Below, piece after piece: positions 40,049-50,551 of a stretch of 64,000 nucleotides of DNA; within the stretch, counting starts at the first letter, position 1, and each line of letters starts with the position of its first letter. Source of the DNA: Octopus vulgaris (lineage: Eukaryota). The notes beneath the pieces were generated by a model. It saw nothing but the letters and a program-made list of their open reading frames with translations. It ran no database searches and had not been told where the DNA came from. The position numbers were made by a program, and so were the translations under genes. The stretch covers positions 114,762,001 through 114,826,000 of the forward strand of contig OX597821.1 in NCBI GenBank assembly GCA_951406725.2, read 5' to 3'.

Positions 40049-41878
40049 AAGGGATTTTTTTTATTGCAACTGAAAGTTTGTTTTGCTGTTTGAGTTGGAT
40101 GCCCCTGCGCCCTTCAAGCATAAACAGGCCAAAAGCTTGCAGTGACCCGAAACTGGAATTGCAAGGCAAAGTCTCAGTTTCAATAGATGTATCTCTTCTA
40201 CAGTTCTATATTTAAGAGATGAGGAATTATGTACATTATTTACATTTGACGGATATTTGTCCTCATCTTACCCACAGGCAAATGACATAGTGGTTAAAAG
40301 CACAGGCTATTGGCCCCAAGATTCCTAGTTCGATTCCAAGCAGTGACCTGAATAATAATAATAATAGTGATAACATTGAAAAATACCTAAGGAATGAGAA
40401 CCTAGGTTTGAAATTACCCCAAGACACCTGATGAAGGCTGGAGGGTATATCAGCCGAAATATTATGTTAACAACAAACAAGATGAGGACAAATATCCGTC
40501 AAATGTAAATAATGTGTATCTCTTCTGTTAGTTCCTCTTCTACCCTGCTCTCACTTCAAACACTGTCCCACCCCTATCATACACTCACTCTCCAATCCCT
40601 TTTCTGTCCACTCTCTTGGTCATGTTACCTTGAGTGAATAGAGAGTTTACAGAGTTGAGAGAACTTTTTAGCTTTGTAGGTCACACAGCATCCTCAATAA
40701 TGTTGATGACAGGAGAAAATGGCACTTAGCACCCTCTGTGAAGTGAGGAGTAAATGAGAGTAGACAACATAGGGATCACAGGATCCTGTCCAAAATAATG
40801 GCCACCCTTCTAGAGCTGGTGCCACAATAATAAAGTGCAGCCAATACGCTCTGTAATGTGGTTGATGTTTGGGATGAAATCCAACCATGGAAACTATGTT
40901 AGCAATGGCACCTTTTGAGTGAAGTACAGTCTTTAAATCCATTTGCAATAACTGAAACTATATAGACGTAAGCATAGGCTGGGTATGATAACCCACTCGA
41001 CTCATGCCTGCATAGAAAACCTCCATTAAAATTACGATGATACTGATGACAATATATATACATATATGTGTGTGTTTGTGTGTATATAATGATGATGATG
41101 ATGATGATGATGTAGAAAACTTTTGGACTTATGATGTTTATCTAAATTGTAATGACATTTTAGTAACAACAAAAACTTCAAATGCTGACATTCAGAAAGA
41201 AAACCAGAACAATTTCTAAGAAAAGCAATCAACAGCAGCACTAATTAATTAACAATTATAGCAGCTAAACATTGAAAGCAAGTATTAATATCTTTCAAAC
41301 ATTATCATGCATGAAAGTATTACATTGTAAATGAAATAAAACAAGAAAAATTCATTAAAAAAAAAAAAAAAAACTGCTGCCACTGTATGAAAGCCAAAAC
41401 ATAATGCTAAAGTAGAACACGTGACAAGAAATATACCTTTTAAACTGAATTAAATTTAAACTTATTAAAAGAATATTTCTAAAAATCTAAAACTGGAAAT
41501 ATTCAACTAATTTTGCTTAAAGACTCCAGAAATATAAGCTATAACTAGTCCTTATTTTTTTTCTTTTTGCTCTTGTTTGAAGTATTAAAAATGTTAAGAA
41601 TTTTTTAGGATATTTTAATAAAATCATTTTTTGATTGTAATGTCCATTTTTCCATGCTTCAATGAGTCAACTGTAGTTTATTGAGGCAGATTTTCTATGG
41701 CCAGATGCCCTTCCTGTCACCAATCCTCATCTGTTTTCCAAGCAATGTAATATTTCCCCATGACACATTCCTGCAGAATATTGGAAATGAGTGACACCGC
41801 TTGTATGACAGTGACATTCATTTACAACTGTCACACGATGTCAAGATAAGGAGACACAAACATAAACACATTCACACG

Positions 41879-41909
<31 letters not shown>

Positions 41910-44900
41910 ACAATGGGCTTCTTTCAGTTTCTGTCTACCAAATCCATTCACAAGGCAGAAGAAGACACCTGCCCAAGGTGTCATGCAGTGGGACTGAACC
42001 CCAAACCATGTGATTGGGAAGCAATCTCCTTAACCACATGGCCATGCCTGTGTCACAACTGCAATGAAGAGGTTAGAACTATTCAACAAAAACAGCAATA
42101 AACTTTATGATAAACAAATCATTAACATAACCCGAGAAAAACTTTTATTAATGTGTGTGTGTGTGTGTGTGTGATCCACACTCCTGTTTTATGTTTTAAG
42201 AGAAACTGTGACCATTATAGCTACAAGAAGATGACAAGAACCACTTACAACATATCTACAGACATTACTCGATTCCACACACTTCCATCAAAAGTGTGCA
42301 TTCAGATATTGTAGGAACCAAACATACAAGCTTGATTGTGCATGCGTGTGTGCTTGCGTGTAGCAGCACGAGTATACCTAACTATGTTGAGCAATATGAA
42401 ACCCAGGCACAGACCAGACTTTATTAGAAGTCTGATGGCATTTGGATAAATTAGAAATTGATTATGTTAACGACTGAACACATATAAATGTCAGTAGAGA
42501 CAATTTAACATTGTAAAAGCTACTAATAAGTGAAGAATTTATAATATTTATATAAATATATGAATTATAACTTCAAGAAAGAAAATAGTAAATTGAAGTC
42601 GCATGCAACAATCAGAAAACATTGGCAAAACAAAGGAATGGAATAATTATGCTAAAAGTTTACAATGTAACGACCGTTGATGCAAGGAATGTCAGAATTC
42701 AGAGAAGAATCAAAGAATGAAAATTATCAGAATATAATATTTCTGCCAAGCATAACATATAATAGATAGAACTTTGCATGCTAGATTATCTTTGGTAGAA
42801 TACCATAAAATAATAACAGATTTGTATTTCCCACAATCAAATAAGTAAATATTTTAATTAACATATGTTTTATCTCAATATCTTGAATTACCCATATCGA
42901 GAACTGATGTTTGATATCAAAGAGTAAATCCATGATAATTAAGAGCTCAATTAACAACAGGTCATTAAAGCCTGACGAATTATTAGATTGCAGTAAATCC
43001 AAGTAGGACCACCTTACATACAGTTACATAATCAGCTAGAATGGTTTTCTGATTAATATTACACATAAAATTCCTGATAATTTGGGTAAACACAGCTTTT
43101 AAATTAAATTAAATTAATAAATTATATATCACAATCATGTACCATGTACATTTAATGATGTTTATCTTAATGAAACAGCTGTTGAAAACAATGTCTGAAC
43201 TGTTAAGTGAAATTTATATGTTTTGTACTTTTATTTTAAATATTTTGAGTTACATTAACGAATGACATGAAAATCAATCTTCTTTCCAACCAATTTTGAG
43301 AGCATTTGAAATGTCTGAACATAAAGATTTTAAAAATAGTTAACTCTGACCCTACACACAAACACTTCAAGATGCTGCAGCAGTAATCATCACGAGACAT
43401 ACTTTGTACAAGGCACTATTACAAACTAGAGATCCAGGTTATATAAATTATATAAACAGCTTTCACTGGATTATTTACGTAATTTACAGAAGGGTCATTC
43501 CAAAGAATCCCCATCTCCTCTTTTGATACATTTTTTTAATCACATCACTGCAACATATAAAAGAAAAAGATCCTTTCAATAGATGTTTATTGTACAGATT
43601 AATATTGTACCTGCAGTCTTTGGGACTTTTTAAGTGCAGCCTTTGGGAAGAAACCTGGATTTTGCAGGAAAAGACATTTTTGCTGATCAAGCAGCATTGT
43701 ATTTATTTATCATCATCATCATCTTACACCTGTTTTTCCATACCTGCATAGTTTTGGACAAGTTTTCTCCTAAACAGCATCTCACCACTTGATGCCATCC
43801 TCTACCATTTCCTTTATGCAGTACAGCTTCCTGAGATCAACCTTTACCATTTCTTTCCCGTATCTTCTTTGGTCTTCCTCTTTTGGTTCCTTTCATCTGG
43901 ATCACCTGGCACTTTTTTTTTACCCAGCTTTCCCCTTCCATACACAGCTTCAAATCCATTCCAGCCAATCACAGCTGGTTCCTCACAGACTAAGTCAACC
44001 TCTGCAATCATTTATGCATCATCATTCATGCAAAACAAAATCACATCACACATCAAACAGAAGACTCACTGCACTCCCTTCCAGACCCCACACACAAAAC
44101 CCCTGCATTCAAAACTCATGTTTTACTACCATACAATATTGGACTGCATAGACAAGCACCAACATTGAGAGGTCACAGCTCTAGGAACAGGGACATGTGA
44201 GTAGAATGTCACAAGAAAGAATTACAAGATGAGTTCTTCATGCCAAACCAACCGGCAGGAGACCTAAGACTAGACCAAGAATGGGATGGTTGGATGGTAT
44301 CCATAGTCTCTGTTGGTCATTCCTGAGAATCCAGCCACAAAGTGTAATAACGTTTGTTTTTAATAGGACACTATGGAGAAGATGCTTCCATGAATACTAG
44401 GTAGAGAAGATGGATGGATGGAAACAAACACCTTACAAACTGACCTGATTCAGTTCCTAAAAGGTCAATTTATACATTTTATTTCTATAATCTTTATGAT
44501 TATATTTTTCCAATAAATGTAATTACATTGTTCCACCTATTTAATTAAAATCCTTTTTAATGTGCCTTTATTAGATTATACTTAATTCAAGGTGGCCTTC
44601 AAATATAAAAGGTTCCCCCAACCTTGTTTAGCTGATTCAATAAAGACAAACAGCTTAAATGTTGTGGCCAAACAAGGGCCAATACTTCCTTTTTAGTCAA
44701 ACTGAAGTATTATACCAATGATTGTGTAAAAATACCTGTTTTTCTTGTTATTAGTGTCCATTTACTAAAATTATACATACATACACACGTGTAGCTGTGT
44801 GTATGTGAGTGTTCATATATAGCTTTGTTGTTTTAAGATCTGGTAGTACTTGTTAGACTATACTTACTAAAGAGGTCTTATAAAGCTGGAATATGTCTGC

Positions 44901-45868
44901 AGTTGTCAATTTACTTCCAAAGATCAGATCCCACTGCATACCCATACTCTATTTTATAGTTCATTTATTTAATTTAAACTTAGGAATAGTCCTCCTTGCC
45001 TTTCATAACTAGAGTCAATATGCAAATGACTTCTTCATAACCAGGTGTAATTTTAATGAAAATTTCTTGGGTGTGGGCTGGGAAGGGCTCACTAAAATTA
45101 ATTATATCAATAGAGACTTAATAATTAACAGTATGTATTTAACAGCCCAGGGCTGAGCAGAAGCAGAATGACAGGCCTTACTCAAGAGGCACATTACAAT
45201 GCCTCGGGTAGTAAGAGCTGAATTCATAACATGTTTTCAATACAATGGCAAGGAACTCTCAAGAGAGCTGAACAGCAGAAGGTCTTCAAAGAAGAAACCC
45301 CACTCTGGCAAGTGTTTTAGCCCTGGACAACTTCTTTACACTCTAAGGCACAACTCCTCTCCTGGGCAGCCTTCCGTTGACACTTTTTAGGCACTTGGAT
45401 ATCGGAGACTTGTGCATTTAAACTCCTTGGAGATTTCATCGAGTTGTGATTTCATCTGCACTGACCCAGCTTTCAGACTTATACTTAAAGAACAAATAAT
45501 GTAAGTTGGTTGCCATGGTAGTGGTGAAATGTCAACGCTATCATAATGACTCACTCAGAGTTACTTCCCTTAGCATTAAATCACAATAAACACACACACA
45601 CAAACATATACTCACACATTAATATTCCACTACAATATCAATAACATCAATTCAAAGACAATGAAAACAATTTTTAAAAAAACAAACAATAATAATAATA
45701 ATAATATTATCAAGCCTCTTTGTCACTCACCCTCTCTCTTGAGAACACCGACTGGAACCATGACGGTTGGCAATGGAACATGCGCATTGGCTTGTTGCAA
45801 TGGTGGGATGGTGGAGCAGTACTCACTGGGGTTATTAGGGTTAGGACTTCGTCCAGACCGGTTCTCCG
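5034..45868 (-). CDS. ZFYVE9: SARA / ZFYVE9-like (ZFYVE9/16 family) endosomal Smad anchor; 3' part of a multi-exon gene (12 exons in window)
   Basis: Spliced translation contains [87 protein letters not shown] and [14 protein letters not shown], which I recognise from vertebrate SARA. The 12 exons sum to 1946 nt with consistent phases. ZFYVE9 vs ZFYVE16 naming is approximate for an invertebrate gene. Confidence 0.93.
5285..5500 (+). mobile_element. Decayed RTE C-terminal fragment
   Basis: Remnant of QERRL.WYGHV codons (caagagagg..tggtatggacatgtg). Confidence 0.45.
6721..7003 (-). CDS. ZFYVE9: SARA exon ([24 protein letters not shown])
   Basis: Acceptor cgtttag, donor |gtttgt; 283 nt, phase 2-0. 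Confidence 0.93.
7881..8207 (-). mobile_element. tRNA-derived SINE with CORE-like middle
   Basis: TSD TATATTCACA at 7871-7880 and 8208-8217; middle tgtgtccttgagcaagatactt..gctccagtccactcagctg. Related middles lie at about 30440-30580, 47480-47620 and 53630-53720. Confidence 0.7.
8474..8717 (-). CDS. ZFYVE9: SARA exon ([29 protein letters not shown])
   Basis: Acceptor ttttacag, donor GG|gtgagt; 244 nt, phase 1-2. Confidence 0.95.
15626..16007 (+). mobile_element. tRNA-derived SINE family C
   Basis: Head ggaggcgcaatggcccagtagttagggcagcggactc..ggtttcaattc; its 3' tail is shared with the 7881-8207 element. Confidence 0.7.
16382..16532 (-). CDS. ZFYVE9: SARA exon ([18 protein letters not shown])
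   Basis: Acceptor atttatag, donor G|gtgagt; 151 nt, phase 0-1. Confidence 0.95.
17344..17531 (-). CDS. ZFYVE9: SARA exon ([40 protein letters not shown])
   Basis: Acceptor tatttgcag, donor |gtaaga; 188 nt, phase 1-0. Confidence 0.95.
18940..19164 (-). CDS. ZFYVE9: SARA exon ([27 protein letters not shown])
   Basis: Acceptor atttcag, donor T|gtaagt; 225 nt, phase 1-1. Confidence 0.95.
19275..19765 (+). mobile_element. Decayed RTE-derived element of a different subfamily; 5'-UTR-like part joined to 3' coding end
   Basis: The 5' part ggggcttgtctacctcatggaccctgagaactatgcc resembles RTE 5' UTRs. The 3' part encodes degenerate [19 protein letters not shown]. Confidence 0.5.
20187..20650. repeat. 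63-bp tandem repeat in the RTE 3' UTR (about 6 near-perfect plus 2 degenerate units)
   Basis: Units start at 20187, 20250, 20313, 20376, 20439 and 20503. Confidence 0.92.
20823..23941 (-). pseudogene. RTE ORF (APE endonuclease - RT with PHD-like insert - C-terminus), one -1 frameshift near 21415-21422
   Basis: Motifs [61 protein letters not shown] and FRYLG. ORF 21407-23941 joins ORF 20823-21485 across a G/A run. Confidence 0.93.
24037..24090 (-). promoter_or_regulatory. Putative RTE promoter-proximal motifs: two ETS-like CCGGAA(GT) and a GC box
   Basis: tttccggt at 24037-24044, acttccggt at 24057-24065 and gggcgg at 24085-24090, just upstream of the ORF. Motif match only. Confidence 0.35.
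24098..25611. repeat. Three tandem 516-bp units at the RTE 5' end
   Basis: Units start at 24098, 24614 and 25130 (aatcgaagcaac) and are near-identical. They are joined by (GA)n, and each has three internal ~37-bp subrepeats. Confidence 0.97.
26328..26492 (-). CDS. ZFYVE9: SARA exon ([35 protein letters not shown])
   Basis: Acceptor tctctttcag, donor G|gtaagt; 165 nt, phase 1-1. Confidence 0.93.
26770..27228 (-). mobile_element. Probable 5'-truncated retroelement 3' fragment with (TTA)n tail
   Basis: GC-richer block abutting (AAT)n at about 26770-26786 and interrupting a hAT-like TIR start at 26702. Family not determined. Confidence 0.4.
27397..27592. mobile_element. hAT (Charlie-like) MITE
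   Basis: TIRs CAGCGGTTCTCGAC / GTTGAGAACAGCTG; imperfect 8-bp TSD ACTGAGAG/ACCTAGAG. Confidence 0.65.
27685..27753 (-). CDS. ZFYVE9: SARA small exon ([23 protein letters not shown])
   Basis: Acceptor ttctatttag, donor T|gtaagt; 69 nt, phase 1-1. Resembles SARA PLVFVLNANLLSMVKIV. Confidence 0.87.
27929..28070. repeat. Long hairpin with a perfect 23-bp inner stem
   Basis: 27972-27994 pairs with 28004-28026 around a 9-nt loop; the outer arms are imperfect. Confidence 0.9.
28185..28910 (+). mobile_element. Severely 5'-truncated RTE copy ([26 protein letters not shown]..., 3' UTR and tail)
   Basis: C-terminal codons are near-identical to the 20823 ORF end; (TA)n on both sides. Confidence 0.92.
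30170..30223 (-). CDS. ZFYVE9: SARA small exon ([18 protein letters not shown])
   Basis: Acceptor tttgtag, donor A|gtaagt; 54 nt, phase 1-1. Confidence 0.85.
30735..31178. repeat. Diverged direct duplication (~110-130 bp copies starting at 30735 and 31066)
   Basis: cctgctagcaatataaaca..gcaccacaagtccat..agaggttctctca occurs twice, 331 bp apart. Confidence 0.85.
32341..32460 (-). CDS. ZFYVE9: SARA exon (..[18 protein letters not shown])
   Basis: Acceptor tattttgtag, donor G|gtaaat; 120 nt, phase 1-1. Resembles SARA LIPEDGLPPIL. Confidence 0.9.
33132..33287 (-). CDS. ZFYVE9: SARA exon with PP1-binding RVxF-type motif ([13 protein letters not shown])
   Basis: Acceptor ttgttatacag, donor G|gtgagt; 156 nt, phase 1-1, open frame. 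Confidence 0.92.
35445..36140 (-). mobile_element. Old, decayed, internally deleted RTE fragment
   Basis: Degenerate [23 protein letters not shown], followed by remnants of the KGLSLRVKG / LERNEASML region. Confidence 0.65.
36206..38533 (+). mobile_element. 5'-truncated RTE LINE (RT, PHD-like insert, C-terminus, 3' UTR, (GAT)n tail) with a frameshift near 37215-37230
   Basis: ORFs 36085-37278 and 37224-38039 are highly similar to the 21-24 kb element. It starts directly after (TA)n and ends gatgat-atatat. Confidence 0.93.
38986..39118. mobile_element. Tail-only fold-back copy of the same element
   Basis: TSD TAATCACTTTT at 38975-38985 and 39121-39131. The inverted tail cagttct..gagatgaggaattatgtacatt is followed by the direct tail aacaacaaacaagatgaggacaaa. 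Confidence 0.75.
39640..39900 (+). mobile_element. Decayed RTE C-terminal fragment
   Basis: Remnant of the [19 protein letters not shown] codons. Confidence 0.55.
40200..40514 (+). mobile_element. tRNA-headed, hammerhead-containing non-autonomous element with Penelope-type inverted tail
   Basis: TSD TGTATCTCTTCT at 40188-40199 and 40515-40526. Inverted tail at 40200-40269, A box at about 40283-40293, B box GTTCGATTCC at 40328-40337, (AAT)n, hammerhead core at 40423-40468. Confidence 0.8.
40423..40468 (+). ncRNA. Minimal type I hammerhead ribozyme motif (partly decayed)
   Basis: GACAC-CTGATGA-A-GGCTG-loop10-CAGCC-GAAA-TATT-ATGTT. Stem II is perfect and stem I has one mismatch. Confidence 0.65.
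43710..44160 (-). mobile_element. Decayed RTE 3' fragment with (CAT)n tail
   Basis: Tail catcatcat..tttttccatacctgcatag followed by degenerate RTE C-terminal codons. Confidence 0.5.
45731..45868 (-). CDS. ZFYVE9: SARA exon: Smad-binding domain ([46 protein letters not shown])
   Basis: Acceptor tttttcccag, donor G|gtgagt; 138 nt, phase 1-1. This reading frame is not in the ORF track. Confidence 0.95.
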
Positions 45869-46117
45869 CTGGGAAAAATTAAGCAGGCAAGCCACGATAG
45901 AGATTCGTTAGTAAGCAGAGTGAAGAAGAGACAAATTAATAGATGTTGGAGCAATATGGCATAACAAACCAACTAAGCAACAGACACAAGAAAACAGTAT
46001 CAAACGGAAAAAAAAAAAAAAAGAGAGAGAGGGGCAACAGCAGCAGCAGCAGCATCACTGTACAGCTTCTTTAACCTCTCTCAACATGCAAACATGTGGT
46101 GGATTTTTGTCATTTAA

Positions 46118-46319
46118 CCCTTTCGTTACCAACCTGGCTGAAGCCGACTCTGGCTCTGTAGTACAAGTGTCTTGTTTCTATAAGCTCTGAATTAAAATCT
46201 TCCACCAAACCTTAGTCACAATTTATGTTCCTAACACAAGCTGAATGATAACTACATTAATTTACTAAGTAATAGAAAGAAGCACAGAGCATCTCAAAAT
46301 AATTACAGTATCGAAAGGG
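46118..46319. mobile_element. piggyBac-type MITE (second subfamily), first of a nested cluster running to about 47340
   Basis: TTAA|CCCTTTCG...CGAAAGGG|TTAA. Confidence 0.75.
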
Positions 46320-48669
46320 TTAAAGTTTTATTTTACCCAAGTAAATATTCTATAAGGATATATTACACGTGTGATTGATTTAACAAGCCTTAAATATAAC
46401 CAGTTGTTACATATTTCAGAGTTTATTTTTGTTTTTTTTTTCCCAACAAGGATCAATTTAATTTTTTTGATACCAGCCATCCCAACACTGTCGCTAGATC
46501 TAGGGTACAAGCTTTCCCATTTTACAGGGATCTAAATTGAACCCTTTCATCAAAATTTCATGTTAATTTATGTTCCAAACACCAGCGTAACCATTTAGCA
46601 TTCTGATTAGTCTGTTAAATGTAATGCTTATTTATTTGAATGGTTTTGAATTAATCATGCATCATCTTGTAGCTTTGAGATTTTGATGATGTACTTGTGT
46701 ATTTTAAGTATAATATTGTAGGATAGGTGTGAGAGGCAGGATCTGACCTGTTTAAACACAAAGCAGGTCGAATAATTGGGCCTGAAATAGCTGTTTGAAT
46801 ACTAAAGGGTTAATAATAACAGTTACATCACTAAATTCTTCATTATTTTTTTTTAATTAATTGAAACCAAGGCAGTGTATTTCAACAGAAATATGATAAT
46901 AAAAGGGTTAACTCATTTAATACCAACCTTTCTAAGATTATCCTTGGTTCTGAGATATAAACTTTCTGTTCAAGAGTTAAAAACTTCCATCAAAATTTCA
47001 TGTTAACCCTTTTGTTACCATATTTCGGCTGGAATACACTACCTTTGTTTTGCTTCAATTAATTTTGAAAGCAAGAAAGAATTTAGTAGAATAATTGTCA
47101 TTATTAAGGTGGTGTTTGGAATATAATATAGAATTTTGATGAAAGGTTTTTCATCTGGATTTCTTTGAAACGTGAAGTTCATTTCATAGAACCAGGAGCA
47201 ATTTGGAGTGGGTTGGTATCAAAAAGATTAATTTACATTCTAAATATCAACTTCATAATTACAAAATTAATTTTAGTAACTCCATAATTATTTTAAAATT
47301 AAGTGAAATAATGGCAGAGTATTTCAACAGAAGGGTAAGACCTCCTTCAGTCATGACTGACCATGGCACAATTCCAGGCTGTTTATAGAAGCCCAGCATA
47401 CCAGCCTTCCCTTCTTCATGCCACTGATGTTATCCACGGGAAAGGCAAAGGTTAATACAGCTTCGCACCAGTGACATTGCAACTCATTTCTACAGCTGAG
47501 TGAACTGGAGCAACATGAAATAAAGTGTCTTGCTCAAGAACACAACACATAGCATGGTTCAGGAATTTGAACTCACTACCTCATGATTGTGAGCCTAACA
47601 CTCTAACCACTCAGCCATACACCATCTTACCATATTTCTGTTGACATATGGTAAGAAAAGGATTAATCAAGAAAGTAGTGTGTTTGAAGAAATAGTTCAA
47701 ACTGGCACCGAAAAAGCTGAGTAAATGTTTAAGAAACCCGGGTTCTACTTTTAAAACATTCTCTTATTTGTAATTGTTCAGTAAAATAATAAACCTCACA
47801 ACAGAGACAGGATGATAAAAATATTCTGTTGTTGCAATGTAAAAAGTCTGATATTGATTCTACAAGACTAAAATATTCATGAGGACTTGACAACAGGAAA
47901 CTGGTTGGCAAAGCATTTTAATATTATGTTTCAGAACAACAACAATTATAGTTTGTAACATTGAAGCTGGGCCACCAAGTTTGGAAGAGGTCAGTCAATT
48001 AAATCTACTTGAGTATTTGAACAGGACTTATTTTCCTAACCCCAGAACAATGAAAGGTAAAGCTGGCTTCTGAAGGATTTGAACTCAGATCATATTGGAT
48101 TACAACTAAATACGACAAAGCAATTTTACCAATTCTGAACAATTCTGTCCATCTACCAATGTCCAAGAATAATTCTTTCTAATTTCTGGCACAAGACCAG
48201 CAATTTTAAAGGAGACATGGAAATCAATTACATCACCTGTAGTATTTGACTGGTACTTTATTTTATCAACCCTGAAAGGTTGAAAGGCAAAGTCAACCTT
48301 GGCAGTATTTGAACTCAGAAAGTAAAGAGCCAGAAAAAATGGTGCTAAGCACAAGGCCAGAGCAGGAGGGAAGGAAAAGGGTGATTATATCAATCCCAAT
48401 ATTTTGACTGATTCTTTATTTTATCAATCCTTGGAAGGAAGAAAGAGAAAATGGGCCTCAGTGAGATTTGAACTCAGAAGGAGACAGACCACAGCCAAAT
48501 GATAATATAAAGAAACTCTGTAGAATTGCTGAAGATTGAGTTTTTTTTAATTCTGTCTGTGCCATCTTACAAAGAATGCAATGAAGACTTTGTAAAAAAA
48601 AAAAAAAAAAGAAGAGGCAAAAACCATCTGGTATTTGAAAGAATTGGCTCAAGATACAATGGAGACGAA

Positions 48670-48932
48670 CAGTGGTTCATAACCAGGGTCCACATGGCCC
48701 TTGGGGAAACATAGAAGATTTTGCTGTTAAAATGTTATGTGCAATAAGTTAGTTACACTTCTACAATACACAAAATATTTTAATTTTTTTTTATTCACTT
48801 TTAAATAATATTTAATTATAAAAATACAACAAGGTTTTCTTTATACACTGAATGGTAACGCCAGTCCAGTTGAGTAAAAAAAAAAAGGTATGAAAGGGGT
48901 CCATAGGTAAAAAAAATGGTTGAGAACCACTT
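48670..48932. mobile_element. hAT-like MITE
   Basis: TIRs CAGTGGTTCATAACC / GGTTGAGAACCACT. Confidence 0.6.
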
Positions 48933-49218
48933 TTCTTGAATATTTTCTGTCTTCTACAGTAAGGCCAGTTGTAATAACTTTCACAACGTCATGGATTTTG
49001 AAGAGAATAGCTACAGTTGAGAGAACTAAACCCCACCACCAGTATTTCACTGGTACACATTTTAACAACCCTGGAAGATTGACTGACCAAGTGAACTCTG
49101 GCAGAATTTGATCTCAGGATACAGAAGGACAGAACTAAATCCTACAAAGAATTTGAACCTGGAACTCTACTGCTTTTTTATTTCATGGCCTTCTCGTCAG
49201 AATTAATAACAACAGATA

Positions 49219-49365
49219 CACTATTACCACTTTAACAGTAAAGTCTACTGACACCACTACTCCTTAACAGACATGTCTACTAACACCACTGCCACTTTAA
49301 CAGTTATATCAACTAACACTGCTACCCATCAATAGAAGTATCTACTCATACTACTACCACCACCA
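49219..49365. repeat. Degenerate ~32-bp minisatellite (4-5 units)
   Basis: acac(c/t)act..(c/t)ttaacag....tctact.. repeated. Confidence 0.65.
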
Positions 49366-49632
49366 CTTCAAGTGTAATGCTTCCCATTCGGCTATTAGTA
49401 AGAAAGCCACAGATGATCAAACTGAACATTACTGGTTTAATTAGGTCTTAATTATAATAAGACTAAGACCTGGTGTCAGTAATTATGACAGTATAAATGT
49501 TATAAAGTTTAACACAAACTACTTTATGATGAAAAGTACGTAACATGCAATACAAATAGATGAATACACACACAAATATATATGTTGACTAACTATAGGT
49601 GTGTGTGTGTGCTTGGGTGTATACACACACAT

Positions 49633-49663
<31 letters not shown>

Positions 49664-50551
49664 ATAATTTATATAAATGGATGTGTGTGTGTGTGTATGT
49701 ATATAAATGTATAAACTATGTATATTTGTGTTGTACACATATACACACCATAAGAGAACGAATGAGATTAGTTTTTGACTGGGAAAATACTTGAGAAATA
49801 ATTATGAGCTTAACAACCTGATCAAATGCCATAAAAAGATTTAAGTAGCATTTAATCAATAACAAAATGTCCTCAGAAATCATAGAATGGCTTTATAAAG
49901 GATTTAGCAAATATTCTAAATAAGGAAAAAAATGGTTTTGAATTTTGGTTAAGTGAAGTGTTTGCTAAACAATTGGGTGGAGGACGATAAATGAAAGACA
50001 ATAATCATTTTTGTTGTAGTGCGTGTGATTGAGATTCTTATGAAGAAGTGAGCCGAGGAGGGAACAGTGCCCATCTCGTTTGCAGGTACTCCAAGACTGA
50101 AGCATAACATTATGGAAACAGGAACAAAAATTTTTCAGTAAAACAGTTTGAAGAACTAAAAGAAAGATAAAATATTTAGAAATATTGAAGCTTTCATGAG
50201 ACAGGGTGATATCAACATTTGATGCACTTCAATATTGTTGATATCAACACAAGTGTACACACTCTAGCATCATTGTAATACACCTGTGTATCACAGCAAC
50301 ACACTCCAGTACTACGAACACCAACACAGTGAAACCGTCAACTTTTTGTAGACACTGTAGAACCAAACAAGCCAAATACAGTCTGATAGAAAGCCCGATC
50401 ATTTCATTTATTTATTTTGGATTACACTTTAATCGATACATTTCCTCAATTCACTTGACTCTCAAGATCAAGCACCAGATAATTTGGTAATAGACAAGTC
50501 CTTATTTCTCCTCTATTTCACAGTGAAACTAAAGCTAGACATCAGCTTTAA

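Noticed and set aside
45140-45490. GC-richer block next to the SBD exon as an extra exon
   Set aside because: It has stops in the minus-strand frames I read and no convincing splice pair; it is probably an unclassifiable old repeat.
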